A DNA stretch of 64,000 nucleotides from Amoebidium appalachense (GCA_963693365.1 CAVNZM010000008.1:4364310-4428309), one strand, 5' to 3'; positions 44,420 to 59,436 are shown, counted from the stretch's first letter. Numbers and translations are program-made. Notes: generated by a model from the letters alone, not told the origin.

Positions 44420-45297
44420 TTTTTTTGGGGGGGGGTGGGGAGGGAGGGAGGGGGAGAGTTGAGAGTGGGGGCCTCCGAGTCTCAGAGAGAGAAAGAGATG
44501 GGGAAGGGGGACGATAGACGGGGGGGAAGGAGCATACAAAGGGCGGTCCGCTCCCTGCGTTTTGGTGATCAGAGCCTGGCTCGTAAGTTCTTCCGTGTAC
44601 ACAATTTATTAGTTCAACTTGGGCAGGCGCCGGGGGGCGGGGGGGGGAGGGGGGGGGGGAGGCATGCAAGGATAAGGGATCATGTCATGAACATGTCCAA
44701 GGTAACACCACTTTATTCATAACTTGCATGCTATCACTCCGCCTATCATTTCGTTGTACCAAGCGACCGCAAATATATTATATCTCCGAGGAATATTCAC
44801 AGATATCTTACAAGTATTCGTGGCCTATCCAAAAAAATATGAGCAGTACAGTTGCAAAAACTGCACCGAGATGGCATGCTTATGCCTTGGACAGTGTGCA
44901 CGTAGATATATCATATTCATAATTACCACTGGGTTCATATATCCACTTTGTTAGAAAATCCATAAAAGAATAGGGGAACTTCCCAGTAGATGAAAATAAC
45001 AATTAGTAATAAATTTGCAATATTAGGGCAAATGTATCTGGGTATGAAGAATAGCCCTGTACTCCACCGCCAACACCTGGTCACGTTGATTTATCCGCCA
45101 AACCAGCTCAATGGGCATTTGCATATCACACGGTTATCCGATTATCCATATCATACGACGACAAATCATGTACGCCTCCATATACCAACACGTATGTCTC
45201 CACTAGTTATACCCCACAAAAAACAACTATGCGTGTGTTTACAGTACCCCTCATGAACAAATTTCATGGAAGAGGTAGATATATCCACGAGATATGA

Positions 45298-45390
45298 CTA
45301 ATTCGAGTTGCCCACAAGGCTCAGAATCATGAGGAAGATGTTGATGATATCCAGGAAGATAGTCAGGGCACCCTGCGTGTGTACGTGTGT

Positions 45391-45427
<37 letters not shown>

Positions 45428-45470
45428 TGTGCGTGTGCAGGGGTGTGTGTGTGTGGGGGGGGTGGGGTGG

Positions 45471-45501
<31 letters not shown>

Positions 45502-45595
45502 GGGGGGGGGGGGATGCGTTACTAAACGAAGTACACGTTCATGACGGGCCAAAATGCAGATTGCAAAGGACACTTAGAGAGCATGCATCGACCCA

Positions 45596-45639
<44 letters not shown>

Positions 45640-45824
45640 AGGTGATAGCATGTGTGCGTGTGTGCGTGCAGAATGGTTGTTTTAACAGTTTAAATATTCT
45701 CTTTTTTTTCGTTTTGCCCTCTTATGTGTGCAATCACGTGCAGACGAGTGGATGTTTGTGCCACTTGCGTGCGTCTGCACGCACATATGCGCATGTGCAC
45801 ATGAGGCGTGTGGTGGAGGGGGGG

Positions 45825-45861
<37 letters not shown>

Positions 45862-46102
45862 TGTTTGTGTGTGTGTGTGTTGGGGGGGGGGGGGGGGGGG
45901 AGGAGGGGAGGAAGGAGGGGGAGTGGTGGAGGGTAGGGAGAGAGAGGGGGGGGGGGGGGGGGGAGAGAGAGAGAGAGAGACGTACAAACACGTATTCCTC
46001 CGGGCTCAGTTCGTAGCGCTTGCCGCCCATGATCATCTGGGTGTCGACAATCAGATAGACGGTGAACAGCACGGCACCAATGCCTGCGTAGATGATGTTG
46101 AC

Positions 46103-46146
<44 letters not shown>

Positions 46147-46953
46147 TGCGCGCGTGCGTGCGTGTGTATGTGCATATACATGTGTTTGGGAAGAAGGGGG
46201 TAAGGTGGGGGCGAGTGAGTGGGTGGAGGGTTGGGGGAGGGGGGAGGGGGGGGGGGGGGGGAGGGGGGGAGGGATACCAAAGCCATGCGAGCGTACATAT
46301 GGTAGTTGTATAAGTGTTTGTGTGTGTCCGTGCGTGTATGGTGTGTATGCGTGCGTACTTGGTGTGTGCGTGTGTGCATATTTGCTATGTGTGTAAGTGG
46401 TCTTGTGTGAGTGAGTGCGCTCACGTGTGAGGGCAAGTGCGTGGAGGATGGGGCTGGGTGGATGGGTTGGTGGGTGGTTGTGGTTGTGGTTGTGGTGGTG
46501 GTGGTGGTGGGGAGGGGGGGGGGGGGGGGGGGGGAGACAAGTACCCTGTTGTGGAAAATGATAGCAAAGATGCCGAAGAAAAGTAGGGCCCAGCCAATAC
46601 CCCACAGATACACGGCCCACCCGGTAAAGTCGTACTTGACCTGGCAGGCAAAGATGGTTACGGCAATCACAACACCGGCAGTGATTCCCATGGCTATCAG
46701 AACCTGTGCGGGTTAGGGTACGTGTTAGCGAAAATTGGTTTCGAAATCACGGGGTTTCTATGCTCGAATAAAATAAAATACGAATATCCACACACGAACA
46801 CACACACACACAGACTGAAAGACAGACACACACATACGAATACACACACACAGATCAACACATGAATTCCCCCCACACCCCCTCCCCTCCCCAACCACCC
46901 ACACCCATTTCAACAAGTTCCTTAATTCCCTCTTATAACCAGACATACAGCTA

Positions 46954-46989
<36 letters not shown>

Positions 46990-47051
46990 GTGTGTGCGTG
47001 TGTGTGCGCACACACATGTGTGTGTTCACTTTGTTTTATTTAATTGCTCTT

Positions 47052-47088
<37 letters not shown>

Positions 47089-47438
47089 GTTGGGGGGAGG
47101 GGGCGGATAGAATACCTCATCGGCCTGATACCAGGTGCAGATGGTGGCAACCATGAACGACTCGGCAAGGGTCTGTCGTGACAAGGACCCAATCAGAATA
47201 GAGAAGTTGACGTCACCACAACTGTTAGAAGAGAACACGCTACTGCCTCAAAATTGCAAACCCCCCCCCCCCCCCCCCCCTTCAAGCCCCTCTCGTTCTC
47301 TCAAAACAATTCGGTTACATAGGGGCACCGAACTACCTCTTGAGTTTTTGAATACCAGACAACTTTCCCACACGAACACCCACACATGCACACGCTACGC
47401 ACTTGCGCCCAAACACGCACACAGACCCACACACCCAG

Positions 47439-47473
<35 letters not shown>

Positions 47474-47571
47474 ACACACACATTGGTCCTCCCACACCCA
47501 CCCACCACCCACAGGTCCAACTACATTAACATGAGAGAGAAAGACCTGTACCCACCCAAACTCCCTCCATT

Positions 47572-47605
<34 letters not shown>

Positions 47606-48898
47606 TTTCGCCACCATTCCATACACTTCATTTTAACAACCCCCCCTCCCCCCCCCCCCCCCCCCCCCCTCCCTTTCCTCCCCCAAACAACACATGCACA
47701 CACCAACCCGGTGTCAACAGACAAACTCAAAACAATGCTCCCCGACAAACGTGACCATTGCTATCTTAGCTCTTAGCTCTTGCAATCCAACGCAAGCCAG
47801 CAACGGGGGGGAGAGGGGGGGAGGGCAGGTACGTACGAAGACAGCCAGGAGAATATAGTTCTGGGGGGTCTTACGGCGCACTCCCTCACAGCATGCAAGC
47901 GCAATCATCGTGCCGAGGCCTACAATCCAACTGCACCAGTACACCCTGTACGTGCGTGTGTACGTGTATGGATACGTGTGTAAGTTGTGTGTTGTGTGTG
48001 CGGTCGTGCGTGTTCAAGTGTGTGTGCGTGCGAATCTGTGTGTGTGTGTGTTGTGTATGTGTGTGTACGGATGGGTTGTGTATACGTGTATGTTATGTGT
48101 GCATGTGCAGCGTGTGTACGTGTATGAAGTGTGCGCTGTGTGTACGTGCGTGCATGTGTGTGTGTATGCAAGTAGGTGAGCTGATGTTTAAAAAAGCAGG
48201 TGGTAATGTTTGTCATATCATCAGTGCGCCTGTGTGCCCACGTGCGCGCGCGCATTCAATGGCCTGCTTGTTATTTATTGCATGACAGTTACACGGTACA
48301 TGTCATATTATTCGAAGACATGAGCCCATGCGCAAAAATGTACCACGTCTCCTACGCTTCGCCTGCTGCATTCAGTGAGGTGTATCTGTCTGTCTACATA
48401 TGCGGCAGTTTCTTATTCTTTGGACAAACAAACACACACATGCACATGTACACACACACACACACGTACACACACAAACACGCCCACCCACCCATCCACC
48501 AATACACGTGTGCTCTTACACGTACACACACACACACACACACAAGGACACGTTCGCATGCACACACGTACACCTTCCCGTACCCACCCATACCCCACAC
48601 ATCCCTACACACACGTACCTACCCACCCACCCACCCATCCACACCCACCCACACACGCGTACACACACACACCCACGTACACACACACACACACAGACAC
48701 GTACCATGAGTTATGCCTGACGTAGTCCTTAATGGAGGTGTTGAGCATAAACAGGGACGACATGCCGATGCACACCATCAACATGATGAATACCAGCGAA
48801 TACACCTTGCGCACGAAAGCTGTGGCACACACACACGTACAAAAACACGCACGCGCGCATACACACACGCACACGCACACGCACACGCACGCACGCAT

Positions 48899-48937
<39 letters not shown>

Positions 48938-50120
48938 TACAAGTACACACACATGCACAACCAAAAACACGCACAGACACACAGACAAGAGTGCACGAAC
49001 ACATAGACACACACACATTGACACACACACTCGGCGGGGGGGGGGGGGGGGGGGGGTGGACAGGATAATCAGTAAAATAAATTAGACAGGGGAGGGGTAG
49101 GGGAGGGGGAGAAGGAAATGCTGCATTCTGAAGCATTTTCTTTTTAATTTATCTTGCAGTCTGACCCAACACTGGTAACATTCACATCAGAAAAATATTT
49201 GTTTGTTGTTTGTTTGTTGCTTATTTCCCTTCTTCTTTTTGTTTGTTTTCCCGGGTTTGGAACATTCTCTCTTGATCTTAACTCTGCCTCGCATGTGGAG
49301 AATCATACATCCATCTGATTATTCCGATCCATTCGCTTCAAATCACGTTAATCGTCTCACTTATTGGCAGTTAGTTGAGGAAAGAGCAGAGAAGAGAAGA
49401 GAGAGAAAAGAAAAAAAACCTTTTAATAATCCAGCCCAGTGTTAAGTGCGATTAACGTTAGGGGAAGGGCAGAGGAGGGCGAGGGGGAGAGAAAGGGTGA
49501 AAAAGAAAGGGGGGGGGGGGGGAGGGGGGTAAGAGGCGGGGAAAGGGGGGGAGGGGGGGGGGGGGATAAATACCATGACGGACAGCCCTGTCGGTAAAGT
49601 TCGTTGGGTCCCCCTTGAATGGCGCCTCTCCACCTGCCTCCTATTACACAACCAGACAATCAGCATGTGACATCATATCCCCCCCCCCCCCCCACCCCCC
49701 ACCCCCCCCGTGTCACCATGGACAGCTTTACCCCTGCCTCACCCAGCCTCCAACGCCCACCACACACACACACACACACACACACACAGGCACACAAACA
49801 CCCACGCGTGCACATCCACACATCCTCACACACACGCACACATACTCAGACAGGTGGCATATAGTTCCGCCAACGGAAAAAAAGAGAAAAATTAAAACTG
49901 TGGCTTCCTCGTACTGTGCTTGCGTGAGTGTGGATGCGAGTTTTGGCTGTGCGTGCCTGTGTGTATGCGTATGCATGTGTGCATCGCCTGGCCTTTGCCA
50001 GGAACAAGAGGCCCTTCGTAAAAGAAGAATGTGTTGTTTCAAGTTCCTTTCTTCTTGCTATTTTCCCATTTTCCCGTCGAAAACGGGTGGGTGGGTGCGG
50101 ACGGGAAGCTTTTTTTTTTT

Positions 50121-50151
<31 letters not shown>

Positions 50152-51193
50152 GGGGTTTGAATGCGTCAAAAAGTACGAAGAACACAAGAACAACGGATAA
50201 CACGATGCAGAATGCAAACCATACATAAAGAGTATGCATAATAAGCAGAGCCCATCCTCAGGGGGGGCCCACGTCATCTACAGTACCCGAGGGGGAATAC
50301 ACGTACAGGTGAAGGGGGTCTGTTCGAGGCATATCCCGTCACAGGGTCTCTCTCCGGCATTTGGATATTCTGCTGGGGGGGATAACCCTGGGGGGGATAA
50401 CCCTGCTGGGGCGGATATCCCTGCTGGGGCGGATATCCCTGCTGGGGGGGATATCCCTGCTGAGGGGGATAACCTTGCTGGGGGGGATATCCCTGGGGAG
50501 GATATCCCTGCTGGGGCGGGTATCCCTCCTGGGGGGGATAGGGCTGTATCGGGATCTGTGTAAGTGAATAGATGTGTGTGTGTGTGTGTGTGTGTTGGGG
50601 ATGCGGGAAGAGGGGAGAACGGTGTGGAGATGGTGATGGACGCTCGTTTTCAGGTGGGTGTGTTTGTATGTTTGTGTTCGTGTGTGTGTATGTGTGTATA
50701 TGTGTTCGCATGATGTCAGTGCAAGTTTGCAGGTGTGGAGCGTTGAAAAGATAAAAAAGCTTGGAGCTAGGTCAAGAGGCAAGAGAGTGTATTCATTAAA
50801 CCCCCCCCCCCCCCCCCACCCACTTTCCCCCCTTTCTCCCCGCGCGCACGCACACACACCCCCTTTTAAAAACCGTCACCACCCTGACATCTATACACGC
50901 ATCTATCTGCCTGCTAACCCTCCTCCCTAACCCCTCATGCACAGGTACAACAAAACTAACACACCATAACCAAAACCCACACGGCCCCCTAAACACCCAG
51001 AAGACACACGATCACACGTGTATTGCTAAAAACTTGCACGCACAAGCTTATTTCCACTCCCGTATTTATTTTCCCGCTTGCCCAGAGGTATTTTTGTAAT
51101 ACGTACATACTGACCCTGGCCCGGGTAGGGAGGAGGGACAACATTTGTCGCCTCATTGGGCAGGTGGGGGTGGGGAGTCGGAACGAAAGCCAT
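45298..51193 (-). CDS. Lifeguard/TMBIM (Bax inhibitor-1 superfamily) membrane protein with Pro/Gln/Tyr-rich N-terminus (~345 aa)
   Basis: Exons (-): 51193-51107, 50555-50307, optional 49913-49899, 49640-49574, 48819-48705, 47945-47837, 47172-47116, 46703-46545, 46105-45986, 45372-45298; phases consistent. Motifs [77 protein letters not shown] (both Asp of the TMBIM di-aspartyl sensor present). (QQGYPP)n N-terminus as in LFG1/GRINA-type proteins. Confidence 0.92.
50156..50283 (-). mobile_element. Intronic dispersed repeat, subfamily A copy (sense to the minus-strand host gene)
   Basis: The reverse complement reads [11 protein letters not shown]...gcattcaaa-(C)n. Confidence 0.6.
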
Positions 51194-51699
51194 CTGCAAC
51201 GCACAAGGGAGGGGAAAGGGAAGAAAGAGGGGAGTGGTTAGCGATATAAGAGTTCGGTGTCAACATACGTTATGCTACCAACACGACGTAACTTCGCACA
51301 TCTTCCCTTTTTAGAGCTTTCTCCCTCAACACCACTGAATTGTGATTACTGCCAGCCTGTCACCACATGCACCAACAATATTCGTAAACCTGTTTAAATA
51401 CATAAAAAAGCAAGCTTCCAGAAATGAAAGCTCACAATTGATGTAATAAAAAACACCTCTCACCACAGAAATCGCCGAACAAGATAAATGGTAGACACGC
51501 CGTGCACCCCTATGCTACGTGTATTAGACGGTCAGACAGTCAAACAATCAAACCTACGCCGCAAAGACCATAAACAACCAAGATGGCAAAGAATAAATAC
51601 GTTACAGGTTGCCTACCTTGGAAACGGAGAGGCTTTGTTAGGGGAACTTCCAACAGCTACACCAATTTCTGTTCTTTCAAATTTCTCAGAACGTAACGT

Positions 51700-52450
51700 T
51701 TTCCTTTTCCACTTTTTTTGGAGTGCCGACGTTTTGGCCGGGATAACTCCACAAGCTCCTGCCCGGAGAATGAAACGAGGATGTGAAATCTACGGATATG
51801 ATCATGCTATGTGTGAGAATCAACTCCAACAAAATTTGCCTGATACGCAGATAAATTGTAAGATAGAAAAGTAACCTAATTATTAAAAAAAAAATTGCTT
51901 GTGTATAACAAGATAAAAAATGCAAATGATGAAAACAAGTTCTGTTGTTGGCGCATATCAGGATTTAACTTGGGGATCTAAGAGACCTTTTTTATGTTTA
52001 TATTTACGAGGACAAAATGTTCGAAAATTCCCTAATCCATTTGGGTAACCCAATCAGCTCAGGCTAAAGAGCTTTCAAATATGCCGGCAAAATCCTTTGA
52101 TTGGGCGAAACTTTTCAGCTTCATTTATTGGTTATAAATCAGACTTTTTGTTCTTTTAATCACTTTAAATAAATAAACCTGGCCTTTGTGGGCTTATTAA
52201 ATTGTAAATTTAGATGACGAACGAACATGGCTTGGCCCTCTGTTTGTGGCAAATGGTCTAAATATAGCCTATTCATTGCACCTTATATATATTTTTAGCT
52301 CTATTATTTTTCCGCCAATCAAAACATTGGTTCGTTTTGATTGGCAGAAAGGACACCAAAAAATCCCGAACCGTTCGTTGTTCGTTCAAGTGCAAGTCAT
52401 GAAAACACGCGTGCGCAACAAACACACACACACACCATCCACCTTTTTCC
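51700..52450. promoter_or_regulatory. Bidirectional promoter region between Lifeguard and Prx-Grx
   Basis: Divergent start codons lie 1.3 kb apart. The region is AT-rich and microsatellite-free, with CCAAT/ATTGG boxes at ~52049, 52100, 52127, 52315, 52326 and 52340. Confidence 0.5.
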
Positions 52451-52498
52451 TTGCTTGTTTTTGCTCTGTGACGGGGAAGTTTTCTGGACAAGTTGAGG

Positions 52499-53521
52499 AT
52501 GATTTCAACACGTATCGCCACCGGTAATACAGTTCTTTTTATCCCCGTTCCTTCCCCTTCCTCCCCCCCCCCCCCCCCCCCCCCCCCCCCCTTCTCCCCC
52601 CAATGAAGAAGGACCAAAAGAACCAAACGATTAGTAATTTTTGCTTTGCCCACTAGTTCTCTCGGCGACTCGCTCTCGCCCTCCCTTTCTTTTTCTCTCT
52701 CACTCTCGTATTTATACCCCCACCGCGCTTCCCCCGCTTTCGCCGACACAATCCCCCCCCCCCCCCCCCCCCCCCCCCTTCCCCAAGCCCTTGTCCACAT
52801 CTCTCCCCAATACATCTTCCCGACCTCCCCCCTCTTACTCCCTCCCTCCCTCCCCCCTCCCTTCATCCCTCTCTCCCTCCCCACTCCCTCGCGATCCCTT
52901 CCTCCACCTTCCCTCTCTCTCTATTCTCCCTCTCCCTCCCCCTCTCCCTCCCTTCCTCCCTTCCCCCCCCCCCGTCTCCCTCTGTTCCTTGTCTCTCTCT
53001 CGTCCCACTCTCCTCCCTCCCTCTCACTCCCCCTCCCTCTCTCTCTCTCTCTCTCCCTCCCTCTCTCTCCCCCTCACTCTCTCTCCCCCTCCCTCTCTGT
53101 CCCCCTCTCTCCCCCCCCCCCCCCCTCTCTCTCCCTCTCTCTCTCCCTCTCTCTCTCCCTCTCTCTCACTCTCTCTCTCTCCCCCCTCTCTTCCTCTCTC
53201 TCTCTCTCTCTCTCTCGCTCTCTCTCGCTCTCGCTCTCCTTTGTCACTCTCCCTACCCTCCAACCCCCCCCTCCCCTCTCTTCTTCCGGCCCCCCCCCCT
53301 CCCCCCCCCCTGTAACCCCCTCCGTCTTTATTCCTCTCATCCCCCCAGCTCTTCCCCTCTTCTCTCTTTCCCTTCCCTTCCCCTCCCGCCACCCCTCAAC
53401 TCACCTCCCCCCCCCCCCCCCCCCCCCCCCTTTTTTTTTGTCGCTGCCGCCGCCTCACTTCTGGCTCTCTTCGCCGTTTCTCGATCTCTTTTCTCTCTTC
53501 CCCCCCCCCCCCCCCCCCCCC

Positions 53522-53564
<43 letters not shown>

Positions 53565-53868
53565 GGGAGCACACTACCACTACACCACGGTTGCCCCTCC
53601 TCTTCACCACCTTAGTTCCCCTTCTTCTACATATATCTTTTTACGCGTATCTTACTCTCTGAATTCGTTTGCAGTTGCCGGTAAGGCCCTTGCGGCCCCC
53701 CACCTGCGCATGTTCTCTGCAAGCGCTGCCCGGGCTGCCCTCAAGTCTATGGAGGGTCAGGTGTGTGCAACGAATGGATTGCCCTCGAGTGTATATGTGC
53801 TTGAAGTGTAGTTTATTTACATGTCGAATGGGAATGGCTTTTGAAAGTCTTTGTTGTGCTTGTGTGAC

Positions 53869-53903
<35 letters not shown>

Positions 53904-54070
53904 GGGGGGGGGGGACGGGGAAGGGGGGTTGGGGGGAGAGGAAGAAGAGGGCGGGAGGGGGGACGGGGGAGGGGGTTTGAAGGGTGGAGCGGTGGAGGGG
54001 GTGAGGGGCATCGAGTAATAAGGGGGCGTGGCGGAGGGGGGAGAGTTGATGAAGAGTACCCAAGATATGA

Positions 54071-54103
<33 letters not shown>

Positions 54104-54635
54104 AGGGCGTGAGGAGATGAAGGGCTTTCTGAGTGGGATACGTCGGGGGGGGGGGGGGGGGGGGGGGGGGGAGGAAGGGGCGGACACTGTCATGACCCAA
54201 GATGTGCCGTTACAGAAAGTGCCCTCTGTGACGTGGCCCACCCGTGTGGGTGACAAGTGGGTGCAGCTCAAGAGCGACGACATTTTCAAGGGTATAAACC
54301 CCCCCTACATATATCCGAAATATGCTTTGCATCCTCTCTCTCCCACTTTTGCATATGCTTATAATGATATAGAGGGTTTGTGAGACACCCTTCCGATTTT
54401 CACAATGCTATTTTGAAGAATGGAGGTGGGTTTTGGTTGTGCACCATGCATCGATCTTTTGAAGTCTGGATGACACGAGGTTAATGAATGTTGATAATGG
54501 GCTGAGGGGGGACCGGATTCCCGAGGAAGGTGTTTGAGTGGGAAGAAGGGGGTGTGGGGAGGGGGAGGGAAGACCAAATTTGAGACAAAAAGGAAGAGAT
54601 TGTGAGAGGATGAAGGGGGTGGGAAGGGGGGTGGG

Positions 54636-54667
<32 letters not shown>

Positions 54668-55060
54668 TCTCGGTGATCGTATCCCCCCCCTCCCCCCCCC
54701 CCTCCCCCCCCGGGGGGCTCCTCCAACCCTGTTACCCCCCTCCGCCCCCCCCTCCCCCTCCCATCTTACGGGTGAGATAAGTTTTCTAAATATTCACAAT
54801 ATCTCAGGTGAGAATCATCTGAGAAATTCCTAAATAGATTGCTAAGCATTCACAACATCTCATGTGAGTATCATCTGAGAAATGCTGAAATATCCGAAAA
54901 TTGGAGAACTACCTGTTCGTTTTATCTCACACATGTTTGGCTGGTCAGGTCGCACCGTGATTGTGTTCTCTCTGCCGGGTGCCTTCACCCCCACCTGCTC
55001 ATCCACCCACCTGCCCCGCTACAATGAGCTTGCCCCTGTGTTCAAGGTGTGTGTGTCTTT

Positions 55061-55108
<48 letters not shown>

Positions 55109-55520
55109 GGACGTGGTGCACGTTTAGTTGTAGTGGCAGGGCGGATGGGTGGTGTTTAGGGCGTGTAGGTGAATTGGTTAGTGTTGGGTGGATGGACGGG
55201 ATTGGTTTGTTGGGTTTTGTGTTCTTGCAGGAATATTTCAAAGGAAAAGGGAAATTGTCGAGTGTGTGTATGGAGAGGAGAGCAAAGAGTCTGGGAACGC
55301 AAGAGCGAGAGGGATCGAGGCCTATTGCCATCCCCCCTTCCGGGGAACGATTCGGGGGAGGGGCGCGGGGGAGGGGGGGGGGAGGAGGGGGGCAGGGGTG
55401 GGATGGCAAGAGTGGGTGGGTGTTAGGAGGAGAGGGTGTGTGTCTTTATGTATGTGTGGTGGTGCGGGGAGAAGGGGAGGGGATGTGACGCTGGGGGGGG
55501 GGGGGGGGGGGGGGGGGGGG

Positions 55521-55602
<82 letters not shown>

Positions 55603-55810
55603 GGGGATGAGGGGCTATCGTTTTTACAACCATGTTTTTCCGTCTCCAGGCGCACGGTGTGGATGAGATTGTGTGCATGTCCGTCAACGACACCTTCGTC
55701 ATGAACGAGTGGAAGAAGGACCAGGTAGGGACCCCCACCCCGTTCATGTGCAGCACACACTGTGAAGCACTTACATGCAACACAACACCTTACAAGTCCC
55801 CCCCTTCCCA

Positions 55811-55848
<38 letters not shown>

Positions 55849-57323
55849 GGAGACGCACATTTTAAAACAAGACACTCCCCCCCCCCCCCCCCCAAATCCC
55901 TCCTCCCCCAACACACACACACACCCCTTTTGGTTCTGGTCTTTTTGATGTTCTTCCACTCGTCATGAGCCTCACAACGCTCCCGGTTTCTTTCTTTCTT
56001 TTCTTTTCTTTTTTTTTTCTTTTTTTTTTCTTCCCCTCTTTTTTGGCCCGGAGAGGGACGCAGGAAAGGCCAGGGGGAGGGGGGAAGGGGGTGGGGGGGT
56101 GGTTGGGGGGGGAGGGGGGGGGGGAGGGGGTGGGGGGTAAACTTCGTATTCTGAAATGCACAACCTTGAAGCTTAACCGTCTCCCAAATCAGCACACACA
56201 CACACACTTATCTATGATACATTCACTCAGTACCCGTTCCACTCCTTCATCCCCTGTACCTTACCTAACACGGATCTAACCTAAGAACATGCATCTTTTC
56301 TAACACACGCCTAGCTTAATAACACATTCAACCTAATAACACAATTAACTTAATAACACATCTAAGTCTAATAACACACTTAACCTAACAACACATTTAA
56401 CCTAACACACGTTTAACCCAACAGGAGGCCGAGAATGTGACTCTGATTGCCGATGGCAATGGTGACTTCACTGCTGGAATGGGTCTGCTGGTCGACAAGT
56501 CAAACCTGGGCTTCGGTACCGATAGTCCCCTCTCCACCCACCCCAACACCCACCCAACACCCAAAAAAAAAAAAAAAAAAATAGCAAATAAGAAAAAAAG
56601 CAAACAAGAAAGAAAGGACGAATAAGAAAGTGAAGCAAAGTACAGAGCACGACAAAACATGACACATGCCTAAAGAGATTATGTGCCCCCCTTCCCCCCC
56701 CCCCCCCCCCCCCGGGGGGGGGGGGGTTCCTCTCTCTTTTTCCTCGTTCGTCACCTTCTTTGATTCTTGCAACACTTCCTCACATCCAATTTCCAAGATC
56801 TCTGCGCCGCTGCCCACATGTGTATCGGCACATTTAGCATGGAAAATGTATGGAAAATGTACTATGTGTGATTCTGGTAGTGTCACCGCCATTTATGTCT
56901 TTTGCACACACAGGCGCACGCACGCACAAGCATACACACACATGCACGTGCGCACGTGTGTGCACACACACACACAAGCACACGCACATGCCTTCCTCGC
57001 CCCTGATGATGGGCTCTGTTTAAGTGTCTCCTGCCTGCACGCTTAAATTGTTTGAATGATTTTTGATTTCCCACTTTTGTGACGTTTTGTTGATGCTCGT
57101 TGTTGTCTCCTCCATATTTCCAACCCTCTAACGCATACATGACCCCCACCCTGCACCCAAGGACTAGTGTCTTGTGTGTGTGTGTGTTTGGGGGGGGGGG
57201 GATCAACTTAGGTCGTATTCTTGTGTGTTCGTGTTTGCTTGTCCTTCTTTGCACCACAAGGCACTCCTGGTTGTGAGTTTTGTGTTTTACTGTATGTGTA
57301 TGCATCTTTCACGCCATCTCAAT

Positions 57324-57374
<51 letters not shown>

Positions 57375-57993
57375 ACATATACTGTCACTCACTCACTCCC
57401 ACGTACATCAGTGTACATGAGCTCAACACTCACAGTATGATACAATCCTCCTTCCTTGTCCCCCCCCCCCCCCCCCGTCCCCCTCACCCGCCTCTCACGC
57501 GCGTACACACACACACACGTGTACACACACGTACACACACGTACACACACGTACAGGCAAGCGCTCATGGCGCTACAGCATGCTTGTCAAGGACGGTGTT
57601 GTTGTCAAGCAGTTCAACGAGCCAGAGAAGGAGGGTGACCCGTTCGAGGTTGACCCCCCCCCCCCCCCCCCCCCCCCCCCCCTTCCCCCCCCCCCCCCCC
57701 TGTCTGCACGCTTTTTTACTCATTCTTTTTTGTGTTTTATCTCGTTTTTTTGTTTTTTTTTCTTTTTTTTTTTTTGAGATTCTTGTGAATTTGTGTTTTG
57801 TCCTTTGGTGTCTCTACTCCAAATGTCGAACTAACTCATGCATGCTCCCCCCCTTTCCCCCCCCCCCCCCCCCCCCCCCCCCCTCCCCCCCCCTCCCCCC
57901 CAGGACTCTGCCTATGATGCAAACTCTGATGTGTGCATGGCCATCTGTGTTGTGTTGTTTGTCGTGAATGTGTACTTCGTTCTCTGGAACATA

Positions 57994-58038
<45 letters not shown>

Positions 58039-58371
58039 AAAAAAAAAAAAAAAAAACACACCGAGATGCCACCTTTCCTGTGTGCCTGTGGTATATGTGC
58101 CAGCTACATTGACATGAAGAGAAAAGAACGAAAGGGATTATGCCGGAGATTTAGAGCAGTATTGAGTTAACTCTTAAAGTTGGATTTTCTTAAGGATGGT
58201 GGTTGGCAATGTATATATGCTGATATTGGCCCATGTATAGGTGGATGCACATATTGACTGTGACGTGATGTGGATGTTGTAATGGTTTCGCGCCATTTAA
58301 AATGCCGACTTATCCCTGACGATTGGGTCAATGATTTGGTCGTGTAAGAAGAGGGAGCCAGTGGGGAGAAA

Positions 58372-58420
<49 letters not shown>

Positions 58421-59206
58421 TCAATCTATGTGTTTAACTTTTTCATATTCTGTAGACAGGTGGCTGAACTTTCATGAAATATTTCTATGATGTACATATC
58501 TAGAGCTGTACTAACACAGCACACATGTACACACACACACACACACACACAGGTGTCGGATGCGGACACCATGCTCCAGTATGTTGCCCCCAAGGCCAAG
58601 GCCCCTGCCTCCATCGCAATCATCACTAAGCCCGGATGCAACTTCTGTGCCAGCGCAAAGGTACCCCCCACCTGTGTGTGATATAGTATTATTTTTTAGT
58701 AATTTGTGTAATGATAAATGTATCGTTCTCGGCTTGTGTGATTTGATTTTGATATTATAGTTAACAACTTGTATACTAATAAGAAATATCTTTCTTAGCT
58801 TTTGTGCTAGTAATATTATGGTTAACAACCATGTTATCGTTAACAACATGTGTGATAATAGAAATTGACTTTCTCAACTTTTGAGGTATCAACACCATCA
58901 TTATTTTCAACAACCTTGTGATAACAGTAATATCGCTAACGGCATGTGTTAATCTTATTGTTAGCGGCTATTGGCATGTGTAATATCAATGATTTTTAAT
59001 TATAATGCTAATCTTAACGCTTTTCAGGACCTCCTCAACAAGCACAAGCTGAGCTACGAGGAGGTGGTGCTTGGTCGTGACATCACAACAAAGGGCCTGC
59101 GTGGATTCTCCGGCACATCCACCGTGCCCCAGGTAAGTGTCCTGTGTGTGTGCGTGTGTGTGTGCGCATGTGTGTTTTCTTATTTTGTGGTGGTGTGTGT
59201 GTGTGT

Positions 59207-59244
<38 letters not shown>

Positions 59245-59399
59245 TGATGGGAGGATGGGGGGGTAGGTGGGTGGATGGGTGGGTGTGTGTGTGTCAAGGG
59301 GGGGAGGGGGGGTGGGGTGGGTGTGTGGTTGGGTGGATGTGTGGGGGGGGGGGGGGGGGGGGGGGGGATAGGTGGTCAATGGGCGGGTATGTGAGTGAT

Positions 59400-59436
<37 letters not shown>

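Noticed and set aside
43915-44630. Coding-looking fragments between ATG8 and Lifeguard 3' ends
   Set aside because: They are short, with no consistent splice sites or recognisable family; probably decayed repeat fragments.
54192-54215. ATG at 54192 as the Prx-Grx start (MTQDVPLQ)
   Set aside because: ttacag at 54210-54215 is an acceptor, and the upstream exon supplies SMEGQ, matching the family N-terminus.
56270-56420. Telomere-like TAACC repeats
   Set aside because: The units are degenerate ~18-mers within an intron, not a telomeric array.
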